Shown here one piece after another: positions 59,499 through 64,000 of a stretch of DNA of 64,000 nt. Position 1 is the first letter of the stretch. Each line of letters starts with the position of its first letter. Source of the stretch: Rhizobacter sp. Lineage in GTDB: Bacteria > Pseudomonadota > Gammaproteobacteria > Burkholderiales > Burkholderiaceae_C. Location: NCBI GenBank assembly GCA_043778145.1, contig JAYWGR010000002.1, positions 28,519-92,518 of the forward strand, in the 5' to 3' direction. Below the pieces are notes generated by a model. That model was given only the letters and a program-made list of their open reading frames with translations. It did no database searches and was not told where the DNA came from. Both the position numbers and the translations under genes were made by a program.

Positions 59499-60754
59499 TG
59501 CTCCGTGGTTTCGTTGGCCGGGGTGTCGCTGCGGGTGTCGCTGCGGGAGTCGGTGCTCGCTTGCGTGCGCGCATCGCTGCTCGTCTTGATCGCACCAACC
59601 AGCGCGCTGCCGATGAAGCCTCCGGCTTCAGGCGCCGGCGCGATGATCACTTGGATCTTGTCGCTCAAGCGATCAGCCAGCGTCTTCTGGATCAGCAGCG
59701 GGTGCTTGGTGATCAACGCGCCTTCGATCGCCATTTGCTCGGCATTCACTTTGCCGAGCTTGGCCACGCGGTAGGCCTCGGCATCGGCCAGCTTTTCGCG
59801 CGCTTCGGCCTCGCCTTGGGCTTCGATTCGGCGGGCTTGCGCCGAACCTTCGGCCAGCTTGACGCGCGATTGGCGCTCGGCTTCAGCCTCGAGCTGGCGC
59901 TGCTCGATCTGCATTTGCTTGAACGGCAGCACGTGCTTCATCGCCTCTTCTTGCGCTCTGGCCGCGATGACTTGCTCGCGCCCCGCCGCCTCGGCAGCGA
60001 TCTCGCGGCGGGCTTTGTCGGCTGCGGCATCGAGCTCGGTTTCTTTGACGCGTTTGTCCTTCAATTCGAGCGTGTAGCGCATCTTCTCGGTGGCCAAGCC
60101 TTCAGCAAGCAGGCTGTCAAGGCCGCGGCGGTAGTCGGCAGGCAGGTCGACGTTGCCGATCTGCACAGTGCGAAGCACCAAACCCTCGGCGGCGAGCTTG
60201 CCGCGAAGCTCGGTCTCGATCGCTTGCTGAATCTGGGCGCGTTGCGTGGAGAAGATTTCGCGCACCGTGTGCCGCGCCATCACGCCGTAGACCACGCCTT
60301 GCACCGCGGGCTCCACCACATCGGCGGCAATGTCGTCAGGCAGGCCTTTGGTGGCGGCTGATGCGAGCTTGTCGCCGTCGATCGCATAGCGCACGCTGAG
60401 CTCCAGCCCGATCGACAAACCTTCGACCGATTGCGCTGGCGCCGGCCCGCTGGCGTGTGCCATGGCTTCGGCGCGCCAAGTCTGGTCGCGCAGCGAGTAG
60501 TTGCGCAGTTCGTGAATGCCGGGCAGCACGAGCACGTTGCCGTCGCGAAAGCGGCTCAGCTCGCCGCTGAAGAGGTTGGTGCGAATGCCGATTTCACCGC
60601 GGCCGATGTGCTGCATTGGCGGGTGGTTGATGAGCGCCCAGCCCAAGCCTGCAGTGACGGCCACGCCAGCGATCAATGGAATGGCGCGGCTCGGGCGAAG
60701 GCGGCTCAGGCCTTGGCGAACGGCGGCAACGAGAGGTTGGAGATTGAAGTTCAT
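59495..60754 (-). CDS. SPFH/band-7 (prohibitin/HflK-C-like) membrane protein with coiled-coil and Ser/Thr/Asp-rich C-terminal tail
   Basis: An N-terminal TM segment is followed by an SPFH domain (…GEIGIRTNLFSGELSRFRDGNVLVLPG…) and a long E/A/R-rich coiled coil. Confidence 0.85.
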   Translation of the reverse strand: MNFNLQPLVAAVRQGLSRLRPSRAIPLIAGVAVTAGLGWALINHPPMQHIGRGEIGIRTNLFSGELSRFRDGNVLVLPGIHELRNYSLRDQTWRAEAMAHASGPAPAQSVEGLSIGLELSVRYAIDGDKLASAATKGLPDDIAADVVEPAVQGVVYGVMARHTVREIFSTQRAQIQQAIETELRGKLAAEGLVLRTVQIGNVDLPADYRRGLDSLLAEGLATEKMRYTLELKDKRVKETELDAAADKARREIAAEAAGREQVIAARAQEEAMKHVLPFKQMQIEQRQLEAEAERQSRVKLAEGSAQARRIEAQGEAEAREKLADAEAYRVAKLGKVNAEQMAIEGALITKHPLLIQKTLADRLSDKIQVIIAPAPEAGGFIGSALVGAIKTSSDARTQASTDSRSDTRSDTPANETTEQ

Positions 60755-60951
60755 GGCGGCGAATCCTTGGTTTGATTGGGTTTGAGCGTCATTGATCGGG
60801 GTTCAGGCAAGCTCTGCATCGAGCTCGTCCATGGATGCTCATGATTCGCAAATCGCCCGGAAGCGACAACGCAGTCGTCTGGCCAAAGCACGCCCGCCCG
60901 CGGAAGAAAAGCTCACACCGGTGTGCAAAGCGGGCTTCGATAATCCATCGC

Positions 60952-61653
60952 ATGGAAAAAATCGCCGTCATCGAAGACGACCGCCCGACCAGCAATCAGC
61001 TCGCCGGCTGGATACGCGCGGCGCGGCCGGAGCTTCACATCGACCAATGGTTCGACCGCGACAGCGCCGAAGCCGCAGTGCAGCGAGAGCGCTACGCGCT
61101 CGTCGTGCTCGACATCGAGCTCGGCCGCGAGCGCCATGCGGGCGTGGCCATCATCAACGCCATCAACAAGCTGCAGCAAGGCACGCCGGTGCTGGTCGTC
61201 TCGGCGATGCCGGCGGCCGTCTACCGCAGCATCATGAAGGCGCTCGATGCTTGGGATTACCTGCAAAAAACGACCTTCGAAGAAGCCGAGTTCATCGAGA
61301 CCTTTCTCGACATCCTGCGTACCGCTCGCGCCGCGCAGGCCGCCAAAGCGCCAGCAGCCGCACCCGCGGAAGAGCCGCTGCGGCTTGATCCGCTCTGGCA
61401 GCGCAGCCCCACGTGGCGCGGCCAACGCATCAATTTGCCGCTGACCGCACAGCGCATCCTGGCCACGCTCGTGCAGCACAAGGGCCAAGTCGTGAGCTAC
61501 GACGATCTGTTCGACGTCGTCAAAAGCGGCCGCAACCGCGACAACGTGCGCAAACATGTGAGCACGATCCGCGAGGCGTTTCGCGAGGTCGACCCGAGCT
61601 TCGACGCGGTCGAGAACGTGCCGATGCGCGGCTTTCGGTGGGTTGGCGCTTGA
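60952..61653 (+). CDS. response regulator with OmpR/PhoB-type winged-helix output and an atypical receiver domain
   Basis: Receiver residues (IAVIEDD…VVLDIELG…VVSAMP…) are followed by an Ala/Pro linker. Winged helix: …RINLPLTAQRILATLVQHKGQVVSYDDLFDVV…VRKHVSTIREAF…MRGFRW. Confidence 0.75.
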   Translation: MEKIAVIEDDRPTSNQLAGWIRAARPELHIDQWFDRDSAEAAVQRERYALVVLDIELGRERHAGVAIINAINKLQQGTPVLVVSAMPAAVYRSIMKALDAWDYLQKTTFEEAEFIETFLDILRTARAAQAAKAPAAAPAEEPLRLDPLWQRSPTWRGQRINLPLTAQRILATLVQHKGQVVSYDDLFDVVKSGRNRDNVRKHVSTIREAFREVDPSFDAVENVPMRGFRWVGA

Positions 61654-61663
61654 GGCTTGACAC

Positions 61664-63829
61664 GTGAAGCTCGGCGGTCTTGATTTGCCGGATCTGCCGG
61701 CCTTGGCCTTGCCGCGACTGCCGCTCGCGGCCTTTCGCCGGCGCATTGTTTTTCACGGCGTGTTCGTGCTGTTGGCCGTTGCCACCTTGGCGCTGGCCTT
61801 GACGCTGCTCGCCGAAGAAAAACAACGCAGTCGACAGCGCTACGAGGCCGGTTTTCGCCAAACGCTGGCGGCCGTTGCAGCGCAGTTGCGCAGCCCCACG
61901 GGGCAACTCGCTTTGCTCAACGCCGACCCGCCTCGGCAAGCAAATCGGGCCATGGCGCCGCTGGTGCTGCCCTACTCCGCGCTCGACTTTGACGATCCGT
62001 TTAAAGCCCGCCAAGCCGTCGAGACAAGCGGCTGCGCAGTGCGTTGGGCAGATGGCACGCAGCTCTGCGCCGCGGTGGGCAGCAGCGCCTACGCGGGCGG
62101 CTTCATCTACCTCGTTGCCAGCCTGAACTTGCCGCCCGCTCAAGCCCGCGAGCGCGGCCAACTCGATTTGCTGGCGGTTCACCGCGCGCGGATCAGCGTG
62201 TCCTTGCGCGGTGTGGAAGAGCGCTGGACCGCACCTTTCGAAGCCGCTGCCGACGGCCCGGTGCAGCGCGATGCCGGCGGTTTGCGCGGGCGCCTCACTG
62301 GCTTTGCCGGCGCTGACGACACGCTTGCACGCCTTGCTCGGCCAGATCGCGACTTCCGCGGTTGGCTATGGCAAGACGCCGAGTGCGCTGATCGCAGCGC
62401 CGCGTTGCCGGATTGCTTGAGGTCAACGCTGCTCTCGATCCGTGTGCCGATCGAGGCATACCGCGAAGCGCTCTTCCAACGCCCCGCGCCGGTCTGGCCG
62501 CCGCGCGATCTCGCTCAAGTGGCGCTGCGCCTGCAATGGCTCGGGCCGGATGGCGCCACGCTCTTCGACAGCGATTCCCCAGGCGCCGTGGCACCGTTCT
62601 CTTTGGCTGACCTGGCGGCAACCCTGTCAGCCGGCGAGGTCTTGCGCATTGACCGCGTGGATGCCGCAGCGCCCGCAGCGGGTACACAGCCGCTCGCCAT
62701 GGTGCGCGGCCGCGCGCCCGACGCCGAACCCGCTTCGCCCTGGCTCACGCGCCTGATCCTGCGCCTGCCCACCGAGGGCGAGGCTGCCCGGCGGCAAGCC
62801 GAAAGCCTTCAAGCAGACGACAGCATCAACACCGCCGGCCACCGTTATCGCCTCGTGCTGACCGGCGACCTGAAAAGCGTGGACCGCGGCCTGGGCGCAA
62901 CCGCGACGCGCTTGAGTTGGTTCATTGCCGCGATGCTGGCCGCCATAGCGGCCGCGTGGCTGGTGATCGAGCTCGGATTCATGCGGCGCGTGGCGGTGCT
63001 GACAAAGCGCGCGGCTGCACTCTCCTACAACATGCAAGACCCGTTGCTGGAGCGCCGACTCGGCGAGCTCGAAGTGGCCGACCTGCGTGGCCGCGACGAG
63101 CTGGGCATCCTCGCCGGGACCCTCGCCGAGCTGTTGCGCCGTGTGAAAGACGGTGTGCGCCGCGAGCACATCCGCGCTGAACAAGAGCGCGACATGTGGC
63201 AGGCCGTGGGCCACGAGATCATGTCGCCGCTGCAATCATTGATGGTGCTGCACGGCCAACATGCCGACCCGAGCCGGCGCTACGTGCAACGCATGCAACA
63301 GGCGGTGCGGGTGCTCTATGGCACGGCGTCACCAAGTGAGGCGATTGCGTCCGCGCCGTTGCAGCTCGCTGCGATCGACCTGAACGAATTTCTCGCGCAC
63401 GTTTCCGCAAACGCGCCCTTTGCCGGAATCGAGAACGTGCAATACGAGCCCTTGCACGAGGCTGTTCCCGTGCAAGCTGACGAGCACTCGCTTGAAGACG
63501 CCGTCACGCACGTGCTGCGCAACGCCGATCGCCATCGCCAACCAGGCACGGCGATCAACTTGAGCTTGGCTGTTGACGACGCCATGGCACAACTCACCAT
63601 CTCCAACATCGGCGCCCCCATCGAGCCTGCGATGCTGGAGCGCATCTTCGAATACGGCGTGTCTGAGGCGAACGTCAACCCCAACGCCGAGCGACGTGGC
63701 CAGGGCCTTTTTGTGGCGCGAACCTACATGGCCAAGATGGGCGGCACCATCACGGCGCGCAACGATGCCCATCGAGACGATTCAAGTGGCAGCGTGAGCT
63801 TTGTGCTGACGCTGCCGCGCAACTCTTGA
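61664..63829 (+). CDS. sensor histidine kinase with large (~370 aa) periplasmic domain of unrecognised type, HAMP-like linker, HisKA and HATPase_c
   Basis: TM1 …VFVLLAVATLALALTLLA. TM2 …LSWFIAAMLAAIAAAWLVI…. H-box MWQAVGHEIMSPLQSL. ATPase …VLRNADRH…GQGLFVARTYMAKMGG…. Confidence 0.8.
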   Translation: MKLGGLDLPDLPALALPRLPLAAFRRRIVFHGVFVLLAVATLALALTLLAEEKQRSRQRYEAGFRQTLAAVAAQLRSPTGQLALLNADPPRQANRAMAPLVLPYSALDFDDPFKARQAVETSGCAVRWADGTQLCAAVGSSAYAGGFIYLVASLNLPPAQARERGQLDLLAVHRARISVSLRGVEERWTAPFEAAADGPVQRDAGGLRGRLTGFAGADDTLARLARPDRDFRGWLWQDAECADRSAALPDCLRSTLLSIRVPIEAYREALFQRPAPVWPPRDLAQVALRLQWLGPDGATLFDSDSPGAVAPFSLADLAATLSAGEVLRIDRVDAAAPAAGTQPLAMVRGRAPDAEPASPWLTRLILRLPTEGEAARRQAESLQADDSINTAGHRYRLVLTGDLKSVDRGLGATATRLSWFIAAMLAAIAAAWLVIELGFMRRVAVLTKRAAALSYNMQDPLLERRLGELEVADLRGRDELGILAGTLAELLRRVKDGVRREHIRAEQERDMWQAVGHEIMSPLQSLMVLHGQHADPSRRYVQRMQQAVRVLYGTASPSEAIASAPLQLAAIDLNEFLAHVSANAPFAGIENVQYEPLHEAVPVQADEHSLEDAVTHVLRNADRHRQPGTAINLSLAVDDAMAQLTISNIGAPIEPAMLERIFEYGVSEANVNPNAERRGQGLFVARTYMAKMGGTITARNDAHRDDSSGSVSFVLTLPRNS

Positions 63830-63844
63830 AGTACCAGACGCTTG

Positions 63845-63995
63845 GAATCGGACTGGCATGGCAGCCTAGTCAAGCGAGTGCCGCTAGGGACTCATCGACC
63901 GCAAGAGCTATTGGAGAACCTAGTACCGTGCAGGACGCCGACGGTAGACCTGAGGTCAAATTCAGCGCCGCTTGGCGCGGCACCTTTGGGGTGGC
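63845..63995 (+). ncRNA. candidate structured cis-regulatory RNA (ZTP/pfl-riboswitch-like motifs) in the lower-GC tail of the window
   Basis: GGACUGGC near 63850 and ACCGUGCAGGACGCCGACGGUAGACCUGAGGUC near 63925-63957 resemble, by my reading, the two conserved sub-domains of the pfl/ZTP motif (…GACUGGCG… / …ACCG…GGGCGCCGACCGCCUGGGC). No ORF covers this region and the GC content drops. Confidence 0.25.
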
Positions 63996-64000
63996 TGATG

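Overview
This is a high-GC (~68-70%) bacterial chromosomal segment with betaproteobacterial, Burkholderiales-like gene order and codon usage. It is almost entirely protein-coding. I found no rRNA, tRNA, CRISPR array, transposase or integrase. The core backbone comprises: the C-terminal part of an Orn/Lys/Arg decarboxylase, glk, fabI, the rimP-nusA-infB-rbfA-truB operon followed by typA, a ProQ/FinO-like gene, the mltG-tmk-holB-pilZ-tatD-ankyrin cluster, ygfZ, the surE-pcm-nlpD-rpoS cluster, qor and aroQ. Accessory-looking content comprises: (i) a sugar-type ABC importer operon (two permeases, a binding protein, a tandem-NBD ATPase) in which one permease is fused in-frame to a strictosidine-synthase/SMP-30-like beta-propeller and is followed by a standalone paralogous propeller; the operon is punctuated and bracketed by three copies of a ~110-bp G/C-rich palindromic repeat; (ii) an in-frame TetR-regulator::acyl-AMP ligase fusion ORF; (iii) an HCCA-isomerase/DsbA-like gene plus a family III CoA-transferase; (iv) chrA with a LysR regulator; (v) a BI-1/YccA gene followed by a lipid-kinase / metallophosphoesterase / PAP2 phosphatase triad; (vi) a cusCBA-like heavy-metal RND efflux operon with a small Cys/His/Met-rich upstream ORF and a Met/Ser-rich tandem-repeat tail on the CusB-like protein; (vii) a secreted S8 subtilisin; (viii) two two-component systems (a 7TM-sensor kinase with a NarL/LuxR regulator, and a large-periplasmic-domain kinase with an OmpR-like regulator); and (ix) a lower-GC, structured-looking 3' end that may be a cis-regulatory RNA. 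All calls rest on reading the ORF translations and the DNA by eye; no database searches were run.
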